From positions 52,803 through 116,802 of the forward strand of contig CACGJX010000001.1 of NCBI GenBank assembly GCA_902573465.1: a stretch of 64,000 nucleotides of DNA, in the 5' to 3' direction. How positions within the stretch are numbered: position 1 is the first letter of the stretch; each line of letters begins with the position of its first letter. The position numbers were made by a program, and so were the translations under genes. The notes beneath the pieces were generated by a model. That model made no database searches, had not been told where the DNA came from, and saw only the letters and a program-made list of their open reading frames with translations. Below, in pieces: positions 10,886 to 20,949 of this stretch. Source of the DNA: an uncultured Pelagibacteraceae bacterium (GTDB taxonomy: Bacteria; Pseudomonadota; Alphaproteobacteria; Pelagibacterales; Pelagibacteraceae).

Positions 10886-10899
10886 TCATTTTATATTGA

Positions 10900-11967
10900 A
10901 TGGTTTTAAAAAATTACTTGGTGTTAATACCAGGTATAATCCTTGCATTTATTCTTTATTCACTTTCTCAAGGTTTCAATAATATTATCGGAATTGAACT
11001 TCTTGGATATAACAAAAGCCCTATATCAACTGCAATGATAGCTATTCTACTGGGGATTTTCTTTGGAAATTTTTTCAATATCCGTGAAAGTTTTCAAAAG
11101 GGATTAGATTTTAGTAAAGATTATATTTTAAAACTTGGAATAATTTGTTTAGGTATACAATTAAAACCTTTTGAGTTTTTAGAATTTGGAAAAATAGCAA
11201 TTCCATTAATAGTAATTTGTATAGTTAGTGTTTTAATAGTAATAAAGCTCATAATTAAAAAACTCCAAATACCAACAAGGATGGCATACTTAATATCAAT
11301 AGGAAGCACTGTTTGTGGTACCACAGCCATAATGGCAACTGCACCAGTAATAAAAGCTAATAAAAGTGAAATTTCTTATGCAATTGCTAACATTACTTTA
11401 TTCGGAATACTCTCGATGTTATTATACCCTTACTTTGCGAATTTTTATTTTGAAGGAAATTCATTATTTGCAGGACTTTTTTTAGGTACTGCCATACATG
11501 AAACCTCACAAGTAGCTGCAGCAGGATTAATATATGACCAGCAGTTCAATAGTCCTGAAACATTAAATATCGCAACTGTTACAAAGCTTATAAGAAATAC
11601 TTTTTTAATAGTTATGATCCCTCTTTTTGCTTTTCTTTATAATAGAGGTCAAACAAAGGAAAAGGGTTACTCTATTTTAAGTATATTTCCATATTTTGTT
11701 TTGGGGTTTGTTGGGATGATAATTTTAAGAAATGTAGGTGATGAAGTTTTCTCAACTGATAATAATTGGATCGATTTCATAAATTCAATTAAAGCCTTTT
11801 CTAAAATTTTTTTGACTATGGCTATGGCAGCTATAGGTTTATCAACAAATTTAAAAGATATTAGAAATATGGGTTATAAACCTTTTGTTGTTGGATTTAC
11901 ATCAATGTTGACTGTAGGAATTGTGAGTATTTTTACAATTGAGATCTATGTAAAATTTTTTATTTAG
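10900..11967 (+). CDS. UPF0324/YeiH putative sulfate/sulfite exporter (SuyZ/TauZ-like)
   Basis: GSTVCGTTAIMATAP, GTAIHETSQVAAAG, TKLIRN; directly downstream of suyAB. Confidence 0.85.
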   Translation: MVLKNYLVLIPGIILAFILYSLSQGFNNIIGIELLGYNKSPISTAMIAILLGIFFGNFFNIRESFQKGLDFSKDYILKLGIICLGIQLKPFEFLEFGKIAIPLIVICIVSVLIVIKLIIKKLQIPTRMAYLISIGSTVCGTTAIMATAPVIKANKSEISYAIANITLFGILSMLLYPYFANFYFEGNSLFAGLFLGTAIHETSQVAAAGLIYDQQFNSPETLNIATVTKLIRNTFLIVMIPLFAFLYNRGQTKEKGYSILSIFPYFVLGFVGMIILRNVGDEVFSTDNNWIDFINSIKAFSKIFLTMAMAAIGLSTNLKDIRNMGYKPFVVGFTSMLTVGIVSIFTIEIYVKFFI

Positions 11968-13057
11968 ATTGTTTAACTGTTTTTTTAAAATATTTTTCTC
12001 TAAATTTTGAAATCGATCTTCTAATAAATGCGGCTCCTATTCCTAAAATAATAGCAAATAGGATTGAAAATAATCCATAGAAGAATGGCATATCTTCTGA
12101 AAACTCCTTAATAAACTTTGAGAAGAAATTTAAATCTGGTGAACTTACAGATGTAACTCCGTTCTTGACCTCCTCAGCAAAAAAGGTATCGTAAGCTATT
12201 ACAATCCCGACTATTAATAATAAAATTGCTAACAAAGCTTTTAATCCAGAGCTGTCAATCTGCTCTCCAAGCTTCTGACCTACTTGAACTCCTACAATTG
12301 ATCCCACAACTAACATTAAAACTAACATTAAATCAATTGACCCATAATTAATTGAATGAAGAAATGTAACTATCACACTAACAAAAATGGTCACAAACAA
12401 TGAAGTTCCAGGTACTAATTTTGTAGGCATCTTAATAATGTAAATCATTGCAGGCACTAAAATGAATGCGCCTCCGATACCCATGATAGCCGCAATAAAA
12501 CCAACGATTAATCCAATTACGATTGGTGTAAATATACTTTCATATAATTTAGATTTAGGAAATCTCATCCTAAAAGGAAGTCCATGAATCCAATAATGGA
12601 CATGTAGTTTTTTCTTCTCTACTATATTTTTTTTGGCTTTATCAATTTCACCTAAACTTTCAACCAACATCAGAGTCCCAATTATTGCAAGAATGTACAT
12701 ATAGGCTAAAGAAATTACTGTATCTATTTTTCCAATATCTTTAAAATAAGTGAAAGTAAAAATACCTAATACAGTTCCAATTGTTCCACCAATGACGATC
12801 ATTAATCCCATTTTGTAATCTAAAGTATTTTTTAACCAATGAGTGGTAGATCCAGACACAGAAGTTGCTAAGATATTGTTAGCCTCATTTGCTACCGCAT
12901 AAGCTGGGGGTACACCCATAAAGATTAGAAAAGGTGTCATTAAAAAACCACCTCCTACTCCAAACAAACCTGAAAGAACACCAACAATGGCACTAATCAA
13001 AAGTATTTCAACTGGATTAATAAAGACTTGGGCTATAGGTAAAAAAACGTCCATCAA
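11960..13057 (-). CDS. TauE/SafE family sulfite exporter
   Basis: Repeated GLFGVGGGFLMTP / MGIGGAFILVP motifs. Confidence 0.85.
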   Translation of the reverse strand: MMDVFLPIAQVFINPVEILLISAIVGVLSGLFGVGGGFLMTPFLIFMGVPPAYAVANEANNILATSVSGSTTHWLKNTLDYKMGLMIVIGGTIGTVLGIFTFTYFKDIGKIDTVISLAYMYILAIIGTLMLVESLGEIDKAKKNIVEKKKLHVHYWIHGLPFRMRFPKSKLYESIFTPIVIGLIVGFIAAIMGIGGAFILVPAMIYIIKMPTKLVPGTSLFVTIFVSVIVTFLHSINYGSIDLMLVLMLVVGSIVGVQVGQKLGEQIDSSGLKALLAILLLIVGIVIAYDTFFAEEVKNGVTSVSSPDLNFFSKFIKEFSEDMPFFYGLFSILFAIILGIGAAFIRRSISKFREKYFKKTVKQSK

Positions 13058-13079
13058 ATATAAAAACTTAAAATATTAC

Positions 13080-13214
13080 TTATTTAAAAGTAATAAAAGT
13101 CCCAACTAAGATAACACCCCAACATGCAGCTATAGCTGAAAAAATTCCAGTTTTAATAAAAGTTGATTTTTTATTAGCTATGATATTTAGAATTTTTAAA
13201 TTTGAAAGATGCAT
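13080..13214 (-). CDS. Putative small membrane protein, 44 aa (not in ORF track)
   Basis: MHLSNLKILNIIANKKSTFIKTGIFSAIAACWGVILVGTFITFK; fills a gap in a minus-strand run. Confidence 0.45.
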   Translation of the reverse strand: MHLSNLKILNIIANKKSTFIKTGIFSAIAACWGVILVGTFITFK

Positions 13215-13258
13215 CTAAATCCCTGAATACACCCAGTAAAAAAATTGTCAAACTATAA

Positions 13259-13609
13259 TTAATAAATTGTTGCTCCAAAAATTTTGATCTCATCATCCTC
13301 AACCCCAAGTACCAACCTTCCAAGGAACTCCCCAGGTATTTTCTTGTTAGTCTGTTTGATTAATACTGTTATGTGATCGCCACGTCTTAAAGTTCCAAAG
13401 GGCTTGTAGGTTTCTTCTAGATTTGTGATAATTTTATTGTTTGCCCATTGTTTACCTAACTCAACTTCATTTGCCCCAAATAGCATCTGTGTTGAAAAGT
13501 CTTTGGTAAAACCTCCATAATCCTTCATATTTGAAGCTCGGACTAAATTTTCCCAAAAAGGTTTACCAATCTTAAAAATCTCTTCATCTGACTTTGATAA
13601 AAGATCCAT
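13259..13609 (-). CDS. Hypothetical protein (possible NTF2/DUF3887-like fold)
   Basis: 116-aa ORF directly downstream of aprA. Confidence 0.6.
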   Translation of the reverse strand: MDLLSKSDEEIFKIGKPFWENLVRASNMKDYGGFTKDFSTQMLFGANEVELGKQWANNKIITNLEETYKPFGTLRRGDHITVLIKQTNKKIPGEFLGRLVLGVEDDEIKIFGATIY

Positions 13610-13627
13610 AAATGTTCTTAAAATAAA

Positions 13628-15487
13628 TTATGATGCCTTCTTTTTCTCTTTTTCATCCACAATGTGATAAACAGGAACTTTTTCTAGAGCAAATTTTCCA
13701 GTTTTAGGATCTCTTCTTGAAACTGTCAAACAATGCCAATTTTCATCGTCTAATTTCATATGATCTCCTCTATAATAATAACCCGGCCAACGAGTTTCCT
13801 CCCTAAACAAAGTATGCTCAGTCACACATTGTGATGTCAAAGCTCTATGTTTAAGCTCCCAAGCCCTCATCAATTGATGATAATCTTCTGCACCAACGTG
13901 CTCTAGATCTTCTTGTAACCAAGCTAAAAGTTCTAAAGCTTTTTTTAGTAAATTTCCGTTGGTCATATAATTTGAGGTAATACCCCCGACGTATTCATCC
14001 ATAATCTTTTGAAGTCTTTGTAGTCCTTGTATTGGAGAAATATAACTTGGTGAAACAGTTCCTCCAGTTATTTCGTTTTGAGCAACTGTGTATGTTTCTA
14101 AAGGTTTATAGACAGCTTTTTTAAAATTATCACATTGTTTATCTGTAACTTTTATTCCTTCAGCTTTTTTATCTTCGATATATTTGACTGCTGCTTTTGC
14201 TGCTAATCTACCTTCTGTAAAAGATCCTGATGAAAATTTATGTGCACTACCACCCACTGTATCTCCAGCCCCAAAAAGTCCATCGATTGTTAACATTCTG
14301 TTGTAACCCCAGAAGTATTCTGGTGGAGACAAATCTTCAGGTCCACTAACCCATGCTCCTGAACATGTTGCATGCGATCCCATAACGTAAGGTTCAGATG
14401 TTGTTAATTCAGGATTTGTATACTTTGGATCAATATTTTGTGATGCCCAAACAACAGCTTGTCCAACTGTCATACCTAAAAAGTTTTCCCATCCAACTGT
14501 TTCTAAATGTGGATCTTGAAAAGCCTCTTTTGTAACCATGTGGATCGGTCCACCACCTGCAGCAACTTCTTGTATAAATGCGTGGTTTCTTAAACAAGTA
14601 GGAGTTGGGTGGTGATCAATATATTCACCAACTAATTCTTTAGTTTGATCATACCATTTTTTTTCATAATTTTCGCCATTAGCATTTTGTGTATATGTTT
14701 TTAAATGTAAAAAGTATGCTCCAACAGGTCCATAACCATCTTTAAATCTACACAATACAATTCTATTTTCCATTTGAGTCATCTTTGCACCTGCAGCAAT
14801 AGGTAGTGCATATGCAGATCCATTACTCCATGGTGCATACCACGTTCTTCCCATACCTTCTCCAACTGCTCTTGGTTTAAAAATATGCGATGCACCACCT
14901 GCAGCAACAATAACTGCTTTAGCTCTAAATACATGAAAATCTCCTGTTCTCATATTAAATCCAACAGCTCCACCAATTCTATTTTCTTGAGCTTCATCCA
15001 TCAATAAATGAGTAACCATTATTCTATTATAAATTTTATCTGCAGATTTTTTTGCTGCCTCAGCAACGATTGGTTTATAGCTTTCACCATGTATCATGAT
15101 TTGCCATTTACCTTCCCTTAAGTATCTTCCAGTTTTTTCATTTTTCATCATTGGAAGACCCCACTCATCAAACATATGAACAGTTGAGTCTACATGACGA
15201 GCCATGTCATAACCTAAATCTTCTCTAACCATTCCCATTAGATCATTTCTGGCATATCTAACATGGTCCTCAGGTTGATTTTCATCCCATTGCATACCCA
15301 TGTAACAATTGATTGCATATAAACCTTGTGCGACTGCACCACTTCGATCGATGTTTGCTTTTTCAACACAAATAATTTTTAAATCTCTTCCCCAATGTCT
15401 GGCCTCGAATGTTGCTCCAGTACCAGCCATTCCACCACCAACAACTAATACATCACATTCCTCATAATTTGTTTTGTGCTTAGCCAT
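13628..15487 (-). CDS. aprA: Adenylylsulfate reductase alpha subunit
   Basis: GGGMAG FAD loop, RSGAVAQGL.AINCY, WQIMIHGESYKP, GRTWYAPW, HKFSSGS, EETRWPG. Confidence 0.97.
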   Translation of the reverse strand: MAKHKTNYEECDVLVVGGGMAGTGATFEARHWGRDLKIICVEKANIDRSGAVAQGLYAINCYMGMQWDENQPEDHVRYARNDLMGMVREDLGYDMARHVDSTVHMFDEWGLPMMKNEKTGRYLREGKWQIMIHGESYKPIVAEAAKKSADKIYNRIMVTHLLMDEAQENRIGGAVGFNMRTGDFHVFRAKAVIVAAGGASHIFKPRAVGEGMGRTWYAPWSNGSAYALPIAAGAKMTQMENRIVLCRFKDGYGPVGAYFLHLKTYTQNANGENYEKKWYDQTKELVGEYIDHHPTPTCLRNHAFIQEVAAGGGPIHMVTKEAFQDPHLETVGWENFLGMTVGQAVVWASQNIDPKYTNPELTTSEPYVMGSHATCSGAWVSGPEDLSPPEYFWGYNRMLTIDGLFGAGDTVGGSAHKFSSGSFTEGRLAAKAAVKYIEDKKAEGIKVTDKQCDNFKKAVYKPLETYTVAQNEITGGTVSPSYISPIQGLQRLQKIMDEYVGGITSNYMTNGNLLKKALELLAWLQEDLEHVGAEDYHQLMRAWELKHRALTSQCVTEHTLFREETRWPGYYYRGDHMKLDDENWHCLTVSRRDPKTGKFALEKVPVYHIVDEKEKKKAS

Positions 15488-15957
15488 TAATAATAAACAC
15501 CTTTTTTAAAAGACTCTTTTGGCACTGATGGTAATTCTTTATTAGTATTTAAACCCTCTGGCTCACTATATAATCTTTGTGAATTAATTTCTCCTTGGTT
15601 AGGAGTGTCACCTTCAGCAAGTTTTGGAATAAATTTACCCCAAGGTTTTGTTGTTATTGGGGATACGAAATTCTTTTCTGTTCCATTTCTAAATTTGATT
15701 TTCCAAGAGATGGTTCCTTTTTCTTCTTCTCTTCTAACTCTCACACTGTGACCCATAGGAGCAAAATCAGCATACCCTCTTACGTCAATTGCATGATTAG
15801 GACATGCTTTAACGCATGAGTAACATTCCCAACAAAAATTTGGTTCAATGTTTTTTGCTCTTCGAATATTTTCATCTATGTGCATGATGTCCGAAGGACA
15901 TATATCTACACAATGTCCACAACCATCACATCTTGTCATGTATACAAAAGTTGACAT
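15487..15957 (-). CDS. aprB: Adenylylsulfate reductase beta subunit
   Basis: Two 4Fe-4S motifs CDGCGHCVDICP and CWECYSCVKACP; RGYADFAP. Confidence 0.97.
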   Translation of the reverse strand: MSTFVYMTRCDGCGHCVDICPSDIMHIDENIRRAKNIEPNFCWECYSCVKACPNHAIDVRGYADFAPMGHSVRVRREEEKGTISWKIKFRNGTEKNFVSPITTKPWGKFIPKLAEGDTPNQGEINSQRLYSEPEGLNTNKELPSVPKESFKKGVYY

Positions 15958-15988
15958 AATTTATTTTTCTCCTTTTTCTAATAACATA

Positions 15989-16783
15989 TTAATAGTGTTT
16001 TGGCTCTTCTCTTTTTATACCTAAGCCAAATTGCTCAGGGGCATCTGCTGGTGGAGGAAGATTGTCTCTTGAACCATCAGCTTCAGCTAGATTTTTTTGT
16101 ATTGCTGCTCCTGGTTTGTAGAACATATGGGCAAATTTAGACCAATAAACGCCACCAAATAAAATTAAATTAGATGCAACAAATAAAGTTAAAAACAAAT
16201 ATGATAATCCCATTTGTCCACTAAATTGAGTGTAAGACCATGCTAACCCAAAAGTTGAACATGCAAGTAAAGCTAAAACAAATAAATCAGCTTTGATGAT
16301 TCTATACCAAGGATGAGCTTCCGCTGATACGTCTACTCTTAAAAAAAACCAAAACCAATACCCGCCTACGCAAGTTAATATTGCTCCTGCATGCCAGATC
16401 ATTGACCAAGTTTGAGAAGTTGGTTTATCAACACCTGTATAACAAAAAACTAAAACAGCTGATGACACCCAAAATAAAATTGTTCCATACATTCCTAAAA
16501 CGTGGGCTAATCTTCTTTTACCAAAACCTAATTCAGAGGTAGTACCAATATCAACAACTGTTGTTTTAGCAATCACGGAAACTTTTTCTCCAACACCTAG
16601 TTCTTTTGTCGCTGATAGTTTTGCTTTTTTTGCGTTATTAAAAAAATAAGTCAAATTTTTATGATGAATCATTTGAATAATAGTTCCAACTGCAATCAAC
16701 AAAACCATTGCAATAATAAAAGATTGCATAGCAAACGGTGAAATGGTTTCTGATAAAATTGAAAATGGATTGTTGCTTAACAT
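15989..16783 (-). CDS. aprM: APS reductase membrane anchor
   Basis: Polytopic membrane protein upstream of aprB with WSKFAHMFYKP and ADGSRDNLP. Confidence 0.9.
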   Translation of the reverse strand: MLSNNPFSILSETISPFAMQSFIIAMVLLIAVGTIIQMIHHKNLTYFFNNAKKAKLSATKELGVGEKVSVIAKTTVVDIGTTSELGFGKRRLAHVLGMYGTILFWVSSAVLVFCYTGVDKPTSQTWSMIWHAGAILTCVGGYWFWFFLRVDVSAEAHPWYRIIKADLFVLALLACSTFGLAWSYTQFSGQMGLSYLFLTLFVASNLILFGGVYWSKFAHMFYKPGAAIQKNLAEADGSRDNLPPPADAPEQFGLGIKREEPKHY

Positions 16784-16883
16784 TTCCGCCTTTTGTTAAA
16801 TTTTGAATTAATTTTAAAGTTTTATATATAGTTGAATTTATAGTTCAACCTCAAACTGGGGTCAATTTGTCTTTTATAACAGG

Positions 16884-17282
16884 CTAATTATTTCTTTTAT
16901 AATGTTGTTTGTTTGGAATGACCGATCGTACTCCACCCTGAGGATTATCTACATCTCCTTCTCTTCGGGGAATCAGATGAAAATGACAATGTAAAATAGA
17001 TTGACCGGATACAGTTCCTATATTTGTGCCTAAATTAAATCCTTTAACTAATGGATCTTTATCGATTATTTCTTTTTTTACAATTTTTAAAAGATCGTTA
17101 CAGGCAACCAATTCATCATTGGATAAATCAAAATAATCTTTTATGTGTCTTTTAGGTATAATCAAACAATGATGTTCTGAAACTGGATACGAGTCATAAC
17201 TTGCATATGCCAACTCATTTTCATGAGCACATCCACTTTTTTTAACATTACAAAATAAACAAGGATTGTTTGGATCTTTCAT
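16884..17282 (-). CDS. HIT family nucleotide hydrolase
   Basis: CLFC zinc site, GQSILHCHFHLIPR histidine triad. Confidence 0.92.
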   Translation of the reverse strand: MKDPNNPCLFCNVKKSGCAHENELAYASYDSYPVSEHHCLIIPKRHIKDYFDLSNDELVACNDLLKIVKKEIIDKDPLVKGFNLGTNIGTVSGQSILHCHFHLIPRREGDVDNPQGGVRSVIPNKQHYKRNN

Positions 17283-17285
17283 TTG

Positions 17286-18059
17286 CTAGAATCTATAAGA
17301 ATTACATTTATTTATAACTGCATCATATTGTTTTGATAGAAACTTGAATTTTTTAAGGTTTTTTCTTTTCCATTTAAGCTCATTTATAGTTTTAACTGAA
17401 GTAACACCTTTGCCAGATCCTATTAATAATATTTCATCATAATTTTTTATTTCTTTAAGCAAAATATCTTTTTTAATTATTTTTCTTATTTTTGTTTTGA
17501 AAAATTTATAAGTATTTCCCTCATAATAATCCTTTTTGGGAGTAAAAAATTTTTGTTCTTTAACAAATAATAAATTTGAGGTTCCAGTTTCTAATAATTT
17601 CTTATTAGATACCAATGCAATATCTGATTGGGAGTTATCCATTTTAGATAAATAAGATAAGATCTTTTTGTATTTAAGATTTTTGAACTCTGGTTTTTCT
17701 CTTTTTAATTTTACTAATTTCAAATTAAAATTTAATTTTGGTTTAACTCTTTTCCTTAAAGATATTGAAATAACTTTTTTATTTATAGCAATTCTCAATA
17801 GATGATTGTATTTCCTCTTTTTGGATAAATTTTTATTAATTATTTTTAAAATATCTGACTTTAATGATTTTTTTTTTATTTGATATTTTTTTAATGATAA
17901 AATTAAGTTTTTTAAATGATTATTAAAAAATAAAATTTTTGCTGGTTTACCAAAAATCCACATCGTTGTGAAAATTCCATGATCCCCCCAAAGATCTTGG
18001 AATTCTATTTGTTTTAAATCTTTAAGCTGATAAGATTTTTTTAATAAGTAAGTTACCAT
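17286..18059 (-). CDS. pabC: Class IV aminotransferase-like, probable aminodeoxychorismate lyase
   Basis: GIFTTM, ETGTSNL, EILLIGSGKGV; operon with pabA/pabB. Confidence 0.7.
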   Translation of the reverse strand: MVTYLLKKSYQLKDLKQIEFQDLWGDHGIFTTMWIFGKPAKILFFNNHLKNLILSLKKYQIKKKSLKSDILKIINKNLSKKRKYNHLLRIAINKKVISISLRKRVKPKLNFNLKLVKLKREKPEFKNLKYKKILSYLSKMDNSQSDIALVSNKKLLETGTSNLLFVKEQKFFTPKKDYYEGNTYKFFKTKIRKIIKKDILLKEIKNYDEILLIGSGKGVTSVKTINELKWKRKNLKKFKFLSKQYDAVINKCNSYRF

Positions 18060-18579
18060 TGATAGTTAAAAAAGATTCTGGGTGAAATTGAAATCCATAA
18101 ATTTTTTCCTTTTGATTTTCAAAAGCCATTGCGACTTTTGAATTTAAACATCTCATAGTTATCTCAAAATTATTAGATTTAAAAGGTTCTTTTAATTTTA
18201 AAGAATGATACCTGCCAACTTTAAATATTTTTCCTTTGTTGAATAAAGATTTGTTTGTGATTACTTTTATATTTGATTGAAAACCATGATAAATTTTTTT
18301 TTGTTCAACAATGTTTGCACCCTCACAAAAAAGAATATGTTGAAATCCTAAACAAATCCCAATGATTTTCTTTTTACCTTTATATTTTTTATAAATTTTT
18401 GAGGTAATTGGATAATTTTTTGGATTACCGGGCCCAGGTGAAAAAATTATTGTTGATGCTTGTTTAATTTTATTTTCGTTAACTTTATCATAGTTATCGC
18501 ACTCAACTTTATCAAACAAAGCAAATTGATGAACAACATTATGGGTAAAGGAATCGTTATGGTCAATTACATAAATCAT
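18022..18579 (-). CDS. pabA: Aminodeoxychorismate/anthranilate synthase glutamine amidotransferase
   Basis: IDHNDSFT, SPGPG, GICLG, RYHSL, QFHPES. Confidence 0.85.
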   Translation of the reverse strand: MIYVIDHNDSFTHNVVHQFALFDKVECDNYDKVNENKIKQASTIIFSPGPGNPKNYPITSKIYKKYKGKKKIIGICLGFQHILFCEGANIVEQKKIYHGFQSNIKVITNKSLFNKGKIFKVGRYHSLKLKEPFKSNNFEITMRCLNSKVAMAFENQKEKIYGFQFHPESFLTINGNLLIKKILSA

Positions 18580-19727
18580 TTAAATAAATCTATTAACGCT
18601 TTAGCTTTAAGAAAATTCTCATTAAACTCATGATTGGCGTTACTATCGACAACAACACCTGAGGCAACTGAAATTTCGGATATGTTTTTAAAATTTAAAA
18701 TTGATCTTATAATTATATTAAATCTCATATCGCCATTAAATTTTATGTAACCAAAACTTCCTGTATAAATATTTCTATTTTCTTTTTCCTGATTATTTAA
18801 AAGATTAAGAGTATTTATCTTAGGACACCCAATAACTGAACCACCTGGCATCATTGCTTTAATTATTTCAAAATTATTTATATTTTTTTTTAATTTTCCC
18901 TTAATTAAGCTAACATAATGATAAAGGTCTTTATATTCCTCAACGATTTTTTGTTTAGACAATTTTACTGAACCTACCTTGCAAATTCTTGATAAATCAT
19001 TTCTTTCCATATCAACAATCATATTATGCTCTTTGGTTTCTTTTAAATTTTTCCTAAAATAATTTAATGCTTTTATTTTATTTAACTGCTTAGTTTTTTT
19101 TACAGTTCCAGCTATTGGTTTTGTAGATATGTCGCTTCCTTTTTTTACAATTAAAGTTTCTGGGGAACAGCTGATGATTGAATAATTATCATCTTTAATC
19201 ATAAAAGCCTCTGGCGCTAGATTGGTATCAGATAACCTTGAAAAAAAATCTAACGGATTGATTTTTGACTTTGTTTTATATTTAGTGCAAATTTTAATTT
19301 GATATGTCTCTCCACTCTTTATCTTTTTCTTAAATTTATTGAATATTTTTGTATAATTTTTTCTATTAATATTGATTTTAAAATTCCCACATTTAAAATT
19401 TTTGAAATCATAATTTAACTTGTTACTAAGTTTAATTTTTTTTTCTGGTTTATAAAAAATACCCTTTGGAAAATTAAAATTTTTTTGTTTAGGAACTTTT
19501 ACATCAATCAGATTATTTAATAACTCGTATCCAAAAAAACCAATGAAAAGATCAGTATCGTTTGATTGTTTTTTATTTTTTTTAGTTAAAAAACTTTTAA
19601 CATTTTCATTATTTAAAATTATTTTTTTTGAAAAATCAGTATAAAGATCAAACCCTTTTTGAGATTTATAAATAATGTAGGGTTTCCCTGATAAATGTAT
19701 TTTTGTTAAATGATTTGTTCTATTCAA
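18576..19727 (-). CDS. pabB: Aminodeoxychorismate synthase component I
   Basis: SPE, PIAGT, EHNMIVDMERNDL, PGGSVIGCPK, NIIIRS. Confidence 0.85.
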   Translation of the reverse strand: MNRTNHLTKIHLSGKPYIIYKSQKGFDLYTDFSKKIILNNENVKSFLTKKNKKQSNDTDLFIGFFGYELLNNLIDVKVPKQKNFNFPKGIFYKPEKKIKLSNKLNYDFKNFKCGNFKININRKNYTKIFNKFKKKIKSGETYQIKICTKYKTKSKINPLDFFSRLSDTNLAPEAFMIKDDNYSIISCSPETLIVKKGSDISTKPIAGTVKKTKQLNKIKALNYFRKNLKETKEHNMIVDMERNDLSRICKVGSVKLSKQKIVEEYKDLYHYVSLIKGKLKKNINNFEIIKAMMPGGSVIGCPKINTLNLLNNQEKENRNIYTGSFGYIKFNGDMRFNIIIRSILNFKNISEISVASGVVVDSNANHEFNENFLKAKALIDLFK

Positions 19728-19728
19728 T

Positions 19729-20949
19729 TTATTCTATTTTTAATCTTAAAACTGGTTGCTCTTTTATTGGTAAGTGAATTATTGCTGCAAAAACAGATAA
19801 AGCAATTGCTAAATACCACGCATAGTCATATGACCCATAAGTATCGTGAAATAAACCTCCCAGATAAGCTCCAAAAAACGAACCAATTTGATGACTTAAA
19901 AAAACTATTCCATATAACAAGCCCAAATATTTTGTTCCAAAAAGATGAGCAACTATTCCACTTGTTGCTGGTACTGTCGATAACCAGAGGAACCCAAAAC
20001 TTGCTCCAAATATAAATGCTGCAACATTACTAGCTGGAGTAAATATAAAGAATATTATTGAAACTCCTCGCAAAAAGTAGATTGCACTTAAGATTATTTT
20101 TTTACTCATTTTTGCAGAAAGATAGCCACTTAATAAAGAGCCAAAAATATTGAATAACCCAATTAAAGATAAAATAGCTGCAGCGGTCCAATCCTCAAGA
20201 CCTCTATCTATTACATACTTAGGAACATGAGTTCCAACTAAAGTAATATGAAATCCACAAACAAAAAAACCAGATACAAGTAAAATATAACTTTTTGTTT
20301 TGAATGCTTCATTGAGCGCTTCAGAAAACGATTGGTTTGATGTTTTTTCTACATTTTCAGTTGCAGATGGAGATCTTACGAAGTAAGCGGCTACTAAACC
20401 AGCAATTAAAAATATTCCGAAAACGAATAAGGTATAATTCCATCCAAATTCATTTAGAGAGTAACTTGTGAAAATTGGTGACAAAAAGTAACCAAACGAT
20501 CCAACTGCAGTCACAAAACTCATTGCAATAGTTCTTGTAGATAAAGGAAAATGTTTTCCAACAATAGACATTGGAATACTTATGGCAGTTCCCCCTAGTC
20601 CAATTCCAATTAACAACCCCATGTGTATTTGAAAAAAGATCCCTGTATTAGGTCCTGTATATAAAAAGAATATTCCAGCTGCATAAAAAATAAATGCTGA
20701 AATAATTGCTATATGACCACCATACTTATCTGCAATAGCACCAAAAATAGGTCCAGTTAATCCCCACATTAACATTTGCATTCCTATCGCAAAACCAAAT
20801 GCTGTATTGCTTATTTTGAGACTTTCATTGAAATCCATGAAAAACAAACCAAAAGTTTGTCGTACACCAAGAGAAATTAAAACAACAAAACAAGCTGCAA
20901 ATAATGTGATTAATGCTGTTCTTGATTGAAAAAATTTTTCTGTACTCAT
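19729..20949 (-). CDS. MFS transporter
   Basis: About 12 TM helices; GAIADKYG motif A; FFVCGFH. Confidence 0.9.
   Translation of the reverse strand: MSTEKFFQSRTALITLFAACFVVLISLGVRQTFGLFFMDFNESLKISNTAFGFAIGMQMLMWGLTGPIFGAIADKYGGHIAIISAFIFYAAGIFFLYTGPNTGIFFQIHMGLLIGIGLGGTAISIPMSIVGKHFPLSTRTIAMSFVTAVGSFGYFLSPIFTSYSLNEFGWNYTLFVFGIFLIAGLVAAYFVRSPSATENVEKTSNQSFSEALNEAFKTKSYILLVSGFFVCGFHITLVGTHVPKYVIDRGLEDWTAAAILSLIGLFNIFGSLLSGYLSAKMSKKIILSAIYFLRGVSIIFFIFTPASNVAAFIFGASFGFLWLSTVPATSGIVAHLFGTKYLGLLYGIVFLSHQIGSFFGAYLGGLFHDTYGSYDYAWYLAIALSVFAAIIHLPIKEQPVLRLKIE

Noticed and set aside
13628-16783. Dissimilatory sulfate reduction
   Set aside because: The AprM anchor is typical of the oxidative lineage; no sat, qmo or dsr here; aerobic heterotroph gene context
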